The position numbers were made by a program, and so were the translations under genes. From Phycisphaerae bacterium (GTDB lineage Bacteria; Planctomycetota; Phycisphaerae; UBA1845; Fen-1342): a stretch of 64,000 nt of DNA. Position 1 is the stretch's first letter. Each line of letters opens with the position of its first letter. The stretch covers positions 1-64,000 of the forward strand of contig CAXXWX010000016.1 in the NCBI GenBank assembly GCA_963675745.2, given 5' to 3'. Below are positions 27,621 to 36,381 of the stretch, piece by piece. The notes below the pieces were generated by a model that worked only from the letters and a program-made list of their open reading frames with translations, was not told the origin of the DNA and searched no databases.

Positions 27621-28466
27621 ATGAAGCGAGTAGCGCTGATCGGTTCGCCGGACAAGCCTTCCGTGCCCGACACGATGTCGCGCGTGCAGGCGTTTCTGAG
27701 CGGCCGCGCCGAGACCGTTTTTACCCGCATCACCTACGACAGCGCCGCCGCCCTGCCGATGAATCCGGAGTTGATCATCGTGCTGGGTGGTGACGGGACG
27801 CTGATCGCGGTCGTACACGGTCTGGGCGAACGGCAGGTGCCCATCCTGGGTATTAATCTCGGCAAGCTCGGGTATCTCGCCGAGTTTACGCTCGAGGAGC
27901 TTGAACGCGAGGGTGATTTCCTCTTCGCCAACGGTATTCCCGCCACACGACGCTTGCTGCTGGACGTCAGCCTCGAACGCGCCAACGGTGAGACCGCCTT
28001 TTCGCCGGCCGTCAATGACTGTCTGGTGATCGGCGGCGCGCCGTTTCGCATGATCGAGATGTCGGTGGAGTCTGACGGCGACGAGGTGGCCGAGATGCGC
28101 GGCGACGGGCTGATCATCGCCACACCTTCGGGTTCCACCGCCCACAACCTGTCCGCCGGCGGCCCCATACTGGAGCCCACCGCCCAGGCCTTCATCCTCA
28201 CGCCATTGTGCCCGCACGCCCTGACCTACCGGCCGGTCGTGATGGACGCACGGCGAGTCATCGACGTGACACTGCTGCAGGGTAACCCCGGCACAACCAT
28301 CTCAATCGACGGCCAACGCACCTGGCCGTTCCACAACGGCGATCGGCTGCGCATCAAACGCTACGCCGCCGACTTTCTCCTGGTTCGTAATCCCGAATAC
28401 TCCATCTGGTGGGCCCTCAGCCGAAAGCTGATGTGGGGGGCCGGGCCGGCGCACAACCCGACCTAG
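27621..28466 (+). CDS. nadK: NAD kinase
   Basis: LGGDGTL, GINLGKLGYL, VND, GDGLIIATPSGSTAHNLSAGGP. Confidence 0.95.
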   Translation: MKRVALIGSPDKPSVPDTMSRVQAFLSGRAETVFTRITYDSAAALPMNPELIIVLGGDGTLIAVVHGLGERQVPILGINLGKLGYLAEFTLEELEREGDFLFANGIPATRRLLLDVSLERANGETAFSPAVNDCLVIGGAPFRMIEMSVESDGDEVAEMRGDGLIIATPSGSTAHNLSAGGPILEPTAQAFILTPLCPHALTYRPVVMDARRVIDVTLLQGNPGTTISIDGQRTWPFHNGDRLRIKRYAADFLLVRNPEYSIWWALSRKLMWGAGPAHNPT

Positions 28467-28528
28467 GAAGGCAAACGCTGCCAGCCGGTCACCAGCACCG
28501 CGGCTCGGGCGCGCATCTGAGAAGGACC

Positions 28529-30154
28529 ATGACTGTGTCGGAATCCAGCCAACCATCCGGCGGCCCGGAAAACCACCGCACGCTTCGAGACGGCCTGCGC
28601 AAACTCTTCGGGCTGTGTGACAACCTGATCAGCGCGCTCGGTCTGGCGATCGTGGCGGTGTCTCTGCTGTTGCTCATAACTTTCGCCCTCTTCTCTGTCG
28701 TCACCGGACGCAGCAACCGCTACCTCGACGTCATCGGTTTACTGGTCGTGCCCGGCACCCTCGTGCTCGGGCTGGCCATCGTGCCGATCGGGATTCTCTG
28801 GACACGCTGGCGTCGACGGGCCGGCGGCCCGGGCCCGCACATACGAATCGATTTGGCCGACCCGCGCACACGCGGAGCAGCGTTGATCTTCCTGGCCGTC
28901 ACCATCTTCGTCGTTCTGCCCGGATTGGCCGTGTCGAGCTATGAGGGCTACCTCTACACTGAATCCACCGAATTCTGCGCCAATGTCTGCCACTCGGTTA
29001 TGGAGCCACAGGGCGTGGCGCATGCTGATTCGCCGCATGCGCGCGTGACCTGTGCGGCGTGCCACATCGGTGAGGGTGCCGGCTGGTTCGTGAAATCGAA
29101 ACTCTCGGGCACACGCCAGGTGCTGGCCGTCTGGCGCGAGACGTACTCCCGTCCGATCCCCCCCGCCATCACCGAATTGCGCCCCGCCCGCGACACGTGC
29201 GAGGAGTGTCACTGGCCGGCCAAGTTCTTCGGCTCGCAGCTCAAAGAGGTCGTCCACTACTCACCGGACGAAGCGAACACGCGCCGGGTGGTGCGGCTGT
29301 TGGTCAAAACCGGAGGCGCCGACGCCACGATCGGCCGCGTCGAGGGCATCCACATGCACATGATCGTCGCAGGACGGATTGAGTACGTCGCCCGGGACGA
29401 ACATCTGCAGGAGATTCCCTGGGTGCGCTATACCCGCAACGACGGAACCACGAGCGTGTACCGTGATGACGGCTTGCCGAATGACGCCGACCCGCCCGAG
29501 GGCATCGTACGCACAATTGACTGCATGGATTGCCACAACCGCGGCGCGCACCACTTCCGCTCGCCGCAGACCGCGGTGAATCTACAGCTTGAAGCTGGGC
29601 GCATCGACGCCGGCCTGCCGTTCATCAAGCGCGAAGCCGTCGCCGCCCTAGTCGGCGATTATCCCGATGTGGCAACGGCCGAGGCGGAGATACAGCGCCG
29701 GATTTCCACGTTCTATCGCGAGCAATACCCGGACGTATGGCGTGAGCATCAACCCGCGATCAGTGAGGCCATCACCCGCGTCGCGGAGGTTTATCGACGC
29801 AGCTTCTTCCCCGCGATGAAGGTGACCTGGCGCAGCTATCCGGAGAACATCGGCCACACGATCTTCCCCGGCTGCGTGCGCTGCCACGACGGGCGGCACG
29901 TGAACGAAGCCGGGCAGGCCATCAATTCCGACTGCACGGTCTGTCACGTCTTCCTGAATGCGATCGAGGATCGCCCCGGCGAGTTCCGCGAAGGAGTGTT
30001 TGAACACTCGCAGAGCCTGATGTTGCACAAAAACCTGCGTTGCGACCAATGCCACTCGGGCGGCGTCCTGCGTCTCTGTTACGACTGCCACAATTCCGGC
30101 GAGGCCTTGGAAAACTGGCGCCGCGGCCGCCTCCGCCGCTTCGGCGACGAATAG
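28529..30154 (+). CDS. Membrane-anchored multiheme cytochrome c with a NapC/NirT-type N-domain
   Basis: Three TM helices, then CANVCH, CAACH, CEECH, CMDCH, CVRCH, CTVCH, CDQCH and CYDCH (8 heme-binding motifs, the first CxxxCH). Confidence 0.88.
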   Translation: MTVSESSQPSGGPENHRTLRDGLRKLFGLCDNLISALGLAIVAVSLLLLITFALFSVVTGRSNRYLDVIGLLVVPGTLVLGLAIVPIGILWTRWRRRAGGPGPHIRIDLADPRTRGAALIFLAVTIFVVLPGLAVSSYEGYLYTESTEFCANVCHSVMEPQGVAHADSPHARVTCAACHIGEGAGWFVKSKLSGTRQVLAVWRETYSRPIPPAITELRPARDTCEECHWPAKFFGSQLKEVVHYSPDEANTRRVVRLLVKTGGADATIGRVEGIHMHMIVAGRIEYVARDEHLQEIPWVRYTRNDGTTSVYRDDGLPNDADPPEGIVRTIDCMDCHNRGAHHFRSPQTAVNLQLEAGRIDAGLPFIKREAVAALVGDYPDVATAEAEIQRRISTFYREQYPDVWREHQPAISEAITRVAEVYRRSFFPAMKVTWRSYPENIGHTIFPGCVRCHDGRHVNEAGQAINSDCTVCHVFLNAIEDRPGEFREGVFEHSQSLMLHKNLRCDQCHSGGVLRLCYDCHNSGEALENWRRGRLRRFGDE

Positions 30155-30235
30155 CGTTGTCGCACCCGACGAGGCCGCCATGTCGACGCGTGTGCCAGAG
30201 CGGTTTCAGTAAAGACGCGGTGGCTTACACTGTCG

Positions 30236-30328
30236 GGGTGGGTCGGCCGTCTCGGTCTGGGTGGGTCGGCCGTCTCGCCCGACTTCGACGAAAGCCGTAC
30301 ATAGGCGGGCGGGACGCCCGCCCCACCC
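30236..30328. repeat. REP-like repeat cluster between convergent genes
   Basis: GGGTGGGTCGGCCGTCTCG at 30236-30254 and 30259-30277; imperfect inverted partner CGGGCGGGACGCCCGCCCCACCC at 30306-30328. Confidence 0.7.
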
Positions 30329-30361
30329 GCGTATGGGCAACGGATTGTTGTTAGAACCGCG

Positions 30362-31027
30362 CTAGCGTCGGCGCAGACCGGCCGCAGCGAGCACGCACAG
30401 CAGCAGAGCGGTTGCCGGTTCGGGTACGTACCCGTATTGCAGATGATCGAGCTCGATACCGAGTGAGCCGTTCGAAACCTGGATGCTCGAGATCCCGCCA
30501 GCGGCGTTCACGGCGCCATAGAACCGGTCCTCGCCCGTCTGGCCCCGATAGTCGCTGTCCGCGTGGTTGCCGGTCAACTGCCCCAGGCTGACGCCATCCT
30601 GGTCAAAGGCCTCGAAGATGATGCTGTTTGTGCCATCGGTCCAGGCGACGCCGGCGTGCGTGGGAAGGTTGCCGAGGGCGTTCGGGTCAAACGTGAAGGT
30701 GATGAAGCCCGTCGTGCTATAGAGACTGCGGCCGGCGGTCCCGAAGCCGTCAATCACACCGTCGTCAGCGTCGACCGAATCCACGTTCGAGGCGGGCCCG
30801 ATGATCGCGGCGTCGCTCTTCACAACGCCGAGCGGATCAAACACGCTGTCCTCCATATCCTCGAGCACGAAGTAGCCGGCGCTGAAATCCACGGTTGCAA
30901 ACGGGCTGTCGGCCGCTTGCAGGTATGGTGACGGGCCGACCAGGTCGGCCTGGGCCGACGTGCCGAGCATCACCGCCGAAAGCAGGGCCGCCACACGGAA
31001 CGATCCGGCGAGCGAGGTGCGACGCAT
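30362..31027 (-). CDS. PEP-CTERM sorting domain protein
   Basis: Signal peptide; C-terminal VPEPATALLLCVLAAAGLRRR; GGGGAG SD. Confidence 0.92.
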   Translation of the reverse strand: MRRTSLAGSFRVAALLSAVMLGTSAQADLVGPSPYLQAADSPFATVDFSAGYFVLEDMEDSVFDPLGVVKSDAAIIGPASNVDSVDADDGVIDGFGTAGRSLYSTTGFITFTFDPNALGNLPTHAGVAWTDGTNSIIFEAFDQDGVSLGQLTGNHADSDYRGQTGEDRFYGAVNAAGGISSIQVSNGSLGIELDHLQYGYVPEPATALLLCVLAAAGLRRR

Positions 31028-31328
31028 GATCTAACTCCCCTGTCGCTGAGATGCCACACAAATGGCGTGACCGCCGCGGACACACCGCAAGACTGCTCCG
31101 TCCCCCGATTGACTCTAGGAGGCAACATTATGAGAAGTCAAACCGCCAGCGCGTCAGTGATGAGACAGATGCCGCCGACGCGATCCACGTACCGCCGGAT
31201 TCCAGCGAGCACGCGCATCCAAACGCCAAACGCCAGTCCGGGGCTCGGACCGCCCCCTCGCGGGGCGGGTTCGGACTGGCAAGTGCCCCCCCTCGCGGGT
31301 CCCCCACCCCCAGTGGTCGCCCAACCCC

Positions 31329-31593
31329 TGAGCGCAGCGGAAGGGTGGGGGACGGGACGCATGACCACTTGTGCCCGACGGCCAACGAAGACAACGGCGG
31401 CAGCCGTCTCGCCCCAACGGGGCGCAGGCACATAGCCACGGGTGGAGCGCAGCGTAACCCGTGGACGACGAGCACCCTCCGTCAACCACGCCGCCCTGAA
31501 AGGGCGAAGGAAGCGCGTGTCTTAGAGAGTAATCGTTGTCGGAGCCGGATACGGGTGCCCCATCCTTGAGCGCAGCGGAAGGGTGGGGGACGG
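31329..31593. repeat. Intergenic repeat cluster: a 27-bp direct repeat around one copy of the 1-316 palindrome
   Basis: TGAGCGCAGCGGAAGGGTGGGGGACGG at 31329-31355 and 31567-31593; CCACGGGTGGAGCGCAGCGTAACCCGTGG at 31436-31464. Confidence 0.8.
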
Positions 31594-31968
31594 ATCAGTG
31601 ACCCCTGCCGCCCCACCGCAGCCGTACCCTACGTTTGAGCCGTCCCGGCATGCGGACATCGGATTGGTCGCACCTCGCAGCGCATCCGCATTGACCGAAC
31701 GCCGCCGGCGCGTCATCCTGTCACGCATGCCACGCAAAGGCGCCGAGGTCGCAGTGTCAACCGCCGTTGGTGAAGCAGACGGCTCTCGCGCCGGCTGGTC
31801 GACCATGCCCGGCACATGCATCGTTTACTGCGGTGGCCGCGCGCGAGATTCTCGACGAGCAGTTGGCGACGAAGCTGGCGTGAGCGTGCGACGGAATAGA
31901 GGCGCCCACCGAAGATCGGGACGATCACGCAACTAACCCCGTTCACTCCCGTGCGCCTTGAGGTACGA

Positions 31969-32727
31969 ATGGGCACACAACGAACCAAGGCCGATGTTCG
32001 CGAGATCCTCGCGGGTTACGTCGCCCCCAAAAGCCGCGCTCACGCGATCAACGCCATTGGGGAAACCGGACTCAACTCGCGAATGGCGTCGATTCTGTTC
32101 CTGCGTGCTTTTGCACGCTCCCTGGATCGCTCAATCAATCGAAAGGTCTTCCGGTACTTCTCACGCGTCATTGCGCCGATTCTAGAAACGGCGCAATCTG
32201 CGTGGCTGACGGAGCTTCTTCGTATCATGGACCCGCCGCGGGCTCGGTGGAGTGAGCGCCTGACCGTCGAAATCTGCCATGCCCGGTTCAGCGAATGTGC
32301 TGATTTCACAACGGACGAGAAAGCCCGTGAAAAGCGTCTATTCGGGGCAGTGCAGGCCGTATATAAGAGCAACGGCTTCCGCGACTTCAGGAACCAGCGC
32401 ATGTTCCACTTGGACTTGACCGAGAACCTAAGCCCCCGGCGGCCCTCTGGCGACATGACGCGCCTATCATCCTCGCTCTGCAACTGGTATAGATTCGTCG
32501 CGCGTGCAACAATCGGCGACGAACCCAGATTTGTCACGGAGACCGCGCCTTGCAGCGGACGGGAGCAAGCGATGGTGATTAAGCGCCTTTTCCTCGACAG
32601 TCTCAGGTGGCAGGCAGCCAAGGGTCCACCATATGGAGCAAGGGACTACATCCGATACGGTCGGGCCAGCTGCGAGTGGATTACCTGGCTTGGGGATCGA
32701 CACTCTGGTCTTGGCCTGTTGCAGTGA
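31969..32727 (+). CDS. Putative AbiU2-like HEPN domain protein (predicted RNase)
   Basis: LLRIMDP...RLTV followed by FRDFRNQRMFHLD (HEPN-like R-N-x4-H-x-D); GAGG SD before ATG 31969. Confidence 0.6.
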   Translation: MGTQRTKADVREILAGYVAPKSRAHAINAIGETGLNSRMASILFLRAFARSLDRSINRKVFRYFSRVIAPILETAQSAWLTELLRIMDPPRARWSERLTVEICHARFSECADFTTDEKAREKRLFGAVQAVYKSNGFRDFRNQRMFHLDLTENLSPRRPSGDMTRLSSSLCNWYRFVARATIGDEPRFVTETAPCSGREQAMVIKRLFLDSLRWQAAKGPPYGARDYIRYGRASCEWITWLGDRHSGLGLLQ

Positions 32728-32921
32728 CTCGATCCTCGGATCTCTGGACGCTTAGAGAAACCCCCAGGGGACGCAAGTCAGTATCGTAGCTGCGTACGGT
32801 ACAACCGAGCCCGGAAAGAGGCCGGGTATGAACGGCTGCCGGTCACGTGCGCTCGCTGGAAGCGGCGGATTGTGACGCCGTTCGGGGAGATAGCGCGGTT
32901 GTCGGGGGTGTGGGAGGCTGC

Positions 32922-33107
32922 TCAACTGCCGGGTTCATTCGACGCTGCCACCTGCAGGTCAATAACCTTGCCGTTCTCGCCGACGTAGATCGGCAAGCCT
33001 TCGCGTCGTCGTCGCTCCACTTCGCGGTCGATGGCTTCCGCGAATCCCTCGCAGATGTCATCGAGCCGCTTATCGAGCAGGTCTTTTTCAGTCTTGTCCG
33101 GCTGCAC
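32922..33107 (-). CDS. Small protein coupled to the zeta-like ATPase (putative antitoxin/partner)
   Basis: ICEGFAEAIDREVERRRREGLPIYVGENGKVI resembles small partners found next to COG4185 ATPases. Overlaps the ATPase stop; start is GTG 33107 or ATG 33155. Confidence 0.55.
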   Translation of the reverse strand: MQPDKTEKDLLDKRLDDICEGFAEAIDREVERRRREGLPIYVGENGKVIDLQVAASNEPGS

Positions 33108-33663
33108 GGCGAATCCTGTCGAATCGTTGTGGGTCGTAGATGGCTGGTTCTTCATGCATTCTGCCACGAGCCACCACGACGAGCTTCTTATCTGAATTAT
33201 CGCACAATGCCCAGCGGCTTGCCAGCGGCAAGTAGAGCTCGAAAAGGTTGTTGATGCCGCGCCAGTAACGTCGCTCGATGTCGGGAACCGGGACGTCGTG
33301 TCCACCGTCTTGGACGCGGCCGGCAACACGTTTCTTGGCGAGTTCCACGCTGGAGAGCCAGACGTAGGCCAGGTGAATTCGATATTGGGATTGTCTCGCT
33401 TCTTGGAGAAAGCGGGCGTGACTCCGACCTGCCAGCGTCGTCTCGAAAGCGAAGGTCTCGCTTTGGTCCCTGAGCTTCTGCATCCGACGGAGCATGACTT
33501 TGCCGGATTCAATTCGCGAGTCGGTCGCAAGCGCTTTGGCGATATCGTCAGCATTGAGGAACCGGTCGGTTGGAAAGCGCTTTGGCAGAATGACGGCCGC
33601 CCCGGTCGATTTGCCGGCTCCGTTTGGGCCTGCGACAACAAAGATCTCTGGGTGGTGGGGCAT
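33088..33663 (-). CDS. Zeta-toxin-like / COG4185 P-loop ATPase
   Basis: VVAGPNGAGKST, FLNADDIA, FAFETTL, RVAGRVQDGGHDVP..IERRY. Confidence 0.85.
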   Translation of the reverse strand: MPHHPEIFVVAGPNGAGKSTGAAVILPKRFPTDRFLNADDIAKALATDSRIESGKVMLRRMQKLRDQSETFAFETTLAGRSHARFLQEARQSQYRIHLAYVWLSSVELAKKRVAGRVQDGGHDVPVPDIERRYWRGINNLFELYLPLASRWALCDNSDKKLVVVARGRMHEEPAIYDPQRFDRIRRAAGQD

Positions 33664-33666
33664 ATT

Positions 33667-33779
33667 CTACCCGTGCTTGATCTGCCGGCGCAGCTTAAAC
33701 AGCTCCTTAAACGCCCGCAGGATCACCTTGATGTTCGCGCCGCTTTGTTCGCCGGCGATGCGCGGGTAGTGGTGTACGC
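33667..33779 (-). repeat. Duplicated 3' end of the glycosyltransferase gene (113-bp direct repeat, copy 2)
   Basis: Matches 35466-35578 with 4 mismatches by eye; encodes VHHYPRIAGEQSGANIKVILRAFKELFKLRRQIKHG*. Confidence 0.92.
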
Positions 33780-33897
33780 TGGCTTCGGTGATGCCCCACT
33801 TCGCCCACGGATCACGGCCAACTTCACCGATTGCGGCTCGTACGGCAGCAGCCATGGCAACGCTCACTGACTTGCCGCTGCACGGACGACTAGATCG

Positions 33898-35376
33898 TTA
33901 CGAAGCTGCCACTTCTCGCACGACCAGGTGCGTCGCCATCTCTTTGGGATTGTCCGCCCAAGTGCCATCCCAGATAACCTGGAGATGAATCGACGGGGCT
34001 GAGCGGCTGTTCTCAGCCTCGACCTGTGCGACAATCTCGGCGGTCTCGCCCGGTCCGAGGGAGGTGTCGACGTTATTGGGCTCGACGTAGAACGCGAACT
34101 GAAAGCAGCCGCGCGACTTGCTGACGTATCCCAAGTCACACCGATCCGTGCTGACAATCGTAGGGGTCAGCGCGTGGTACCCAGGAAACGCCCATGTGAA
34201 TTGCAGCGGGATTCGCAGTTCGGAAGGGCCCAGCGGTGCATCACTCTTGCCCTTTGCGAAGTGCGTACAAAGCACCTTGACGGAACGCGCGGGTACCCAT
34301 CCCTTTCTGTTGTCCACATTCAAGTGGCAGTACCAGATGGGCTCATTGTCTGCTGACTGCGTTGGCGATTGCTCAATGCCAAGCAGTCTGATGTTCAGGC
34401 GAGGTCCGAGGATCGTGGATCGCAGCCAATCGCCCCAGACAGCAGCGACTAGAATCCCGATGGTGACGGCCGTGTAGACCAGGTTCACCCAAAACGTGGG
34501 CCACTCCGCGGAAGCTAACCCCATAGCTGCACTCCCAGGAATCGTGGGCTCAGTTGTCGGCGGTGGTTTGCAGTTGCCAACCACCAGGTTCAATACCACC
34601 GAAAACACAATGACAACCAGTACCTCAACCAGCACAATGCAGGTAACCGGTGTCTTCTTTGGACAAAATAACGCAAGCCATTGCCAACGGGCGCTGTCAT
34701 GACCCTGCGTGTTACCCCCTTTCTGGAGTTGCTCAAGCCTGACAAATGCAGTGTCGCCGTCCGGGCTGCACTCGTCCAGTATTGCGAGGGCCTGGACCCA
34801 ACGCCGTTTCTCTCTCGACCAAGCACACCCAACGAGGATGAGGCCCGTGAAGACAGCCCCGCAACCAAGCCAGTAGTCATGCTTGAACAAGGCAGTGACC
34901 GCCAGCACGCACAACGGATACACGGAGTACGTGCAAAGCCTCGCCTCGGCCTGGAATCGATGCATATGCACGAAGCCATTGCGCACACCTTCGTCCTTGG
35001 AGCACACCAGCCACTGGAGCAAGAGCTTGAATGAACTCTCATTCTGGCACTGCAAGCGCTCCCCGTCCACCTTCGCCGGTCGGAGCCAAGTCGTACGCTC
35101 CTTCGCCGCGCATCGCAGTGCCGCAGGCGACACGTGCCGCCACCGGAATGACAGAAGGCCTTCGTAGAGGAGCCCAATGAAGTACGATGCCGCCAGCAGC
35201 ATAAGCCCGCCCCAAAAAACCACCCCTGCATCGAGAGCACCGGCGACAGGAGGAAGGAGCGGCTCCCAGTATTTGGGTACCGCCATACCGATATACCGTG
35301 CGACCACGATCGTCAGCGCGCCGGGAGCAACGCGAGCAAACACATCGTACTCGAAATAGGGGATCTTCCATTCCAC
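33898..35376 (-). CDS. Hypothetical multi-pass membrane protein (possible fusion), lying between the direct repeats
   Basis: 492-aa ORF with several TM helices and a beta-rich C-domain; visibly less GC-biased than the flanking genes; AAGG upstream of the ATG. Confidence 0.65.
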   Translation of the reverse strand: MEWKIPYFEYDVFARVAPGALTIVVARYIGMAVPKYWEPLLPPVAGALDAGVVFWGGLMLLAASYFIGLLYEGLLSFRWRHVSPAALRCAAKERTTWLRPAKVDGERLQCQNESSFKLLLQWLVCSKDEGVRNGFVHMHRFQAEARLCTYSVYPLCVLAVTALFKHDYWLGCGAVFTGLILVGCAWSREKRRWVQALAILDECSPDGDTAFVRLEQLQKGGNTQGHDSARWQWLALFCPKKTPVTCIVLVEVLVVIVFSVVLNLVVGNCKPPPTTEPTIPGSAAMGLASAEWPTFWVNLVYTAVTIGILVAAVWGDWLRSTILGPRLNIRLLGIEQSPTQSADNEPIWYCHLNVDNRKGWVPARSVKVLCTHFAKGKSDAPLGPSELRIPLQFTWAFPGYHALTPTIVSTDRCDLGYVSKSRGCFQFAFYVEPNNVDTSLGPGETAEIVAQVEAENSRSAPSIHLQVIWDGTWADNPKEMATHLVVREVAAS

Positions 35377-35465
35377 GGCCGGCCCTTTCCTTCGGCCAAC
35401 TATACCGACGAGTCGCGCCCTACTCTTGCCTCCCTGCCGGCGGCACCTCCTCGCCGGGGTCGGCT

Positions 35466-36179
35466 CTACCCCTCCTTAATCTGCCGGCGCAGCTTAAACA
35501 GCTCCTTAAACGCCCGCAGGATCACCTTGATGTTCGCGCCGCTCTGTTCGCCGGCGATGCGCGGGTAGTGGTGTACGCCGCGCTGGGCGATGCTCAGGCC
35601 GAGTCGGCGGGCGCGCGCGAGTGTTTCCGTGTCGATCAACGCGCCGGTGCTCTTCAGCTCGATCTCGTCGAACATCGCCCGCGGGTAAATCTTGAACGCG
35701 CAGTCGATGTCACGCAGGTTGATGTGAAACAGCATGTTCACCAACGTCGTCCAGGCCCACGCGTTCAGCTTGCGCATCATGCTGTCTTTGCGGTCAAGCC
35801 GATAACACGAGACGATGTCGTAGTCTTCCAACAGCGGCAACAGCTTTTCCAGCTCGTTAATGTCGAATTGCCCGTCGCCGTCGGTGTAAAAAACCCAGTT
35901 CTTCGTCGCCGCGTAAAGGCCGGCCTTCAGCGCCCCGCCATAGCCCTTGTTCGGCCGATTGTGGACGACGCGGACCTCGGCGTTTTCCTCCGCCAGCCGG
36001 TCGGCGATCTCGCCGGTGCGGTCGCTGCTGCCGTCGTCGACAATGATGACCTCGAGGTCGTCGGCCAGCCGGCGACCGACCTCGAGCGCCTGACGCGTCA
36101 CACGCTCAACGTTGGCCTCCTCATTGTGACACGGAAACGTGATCGACAGCGACAGCGGCGTGCGAGGCGGACGTTCCAC
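35466..36179 (-). CDS. Glycosyltransferase family 2 (DPM-synthase-like)
   Basis: FPCHNEE, IIVDDGSSD, NKGYGGA, YTDGDGQF, DIDCAFK. Confidence 0.92.
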   Translation of the reverse strand: MERPPRTPLSLSITFPCHNEEANVERVTRQALEVGRRLADDLEVIIVDDGSSDRTGEIADRLAEENAEVRVVHNRPNKGYGGALKAGLYAATKNWVFYTDGDGQFDINELEKLLPLLEDYDIVSCYRLDRKDSMMRKLNAWAWTTLVNMLFHINLRDIDCAFKIYPRAMFDEIELKSTGALIDTETLARARRLGLSIAQRGVHHYPRIAGEQSGANIKVILRAFKELFKLRRQIKEG

Positions 36180-36381
36180 GGCGTTACTCCCAAGGGCCAG
36201 TGCGCGAGCGCACGTTGTACCCGAGCAAATCGCCGCTGACCACCGGTCGCGGCCACGTTATCATCTATCGGGACATCGCATCCGAGAGGTTCCGCGCCCG
36301 CCGGCATGGACATCCGCCGGCTTTTTAGACAGACTCCTTCGGCTGCGAACGCCGTATACTCGATAGATGGAAGCCAGTGAT

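Noticed and set aside
33780..33900. Integron attC site after the cargo gene (stop overlapping TAAC)
   Set aside because: The R''/R' boxes do not fit RYYYAAC/GTTRRRY, there is no clear long hairpin, and no integrase is present.
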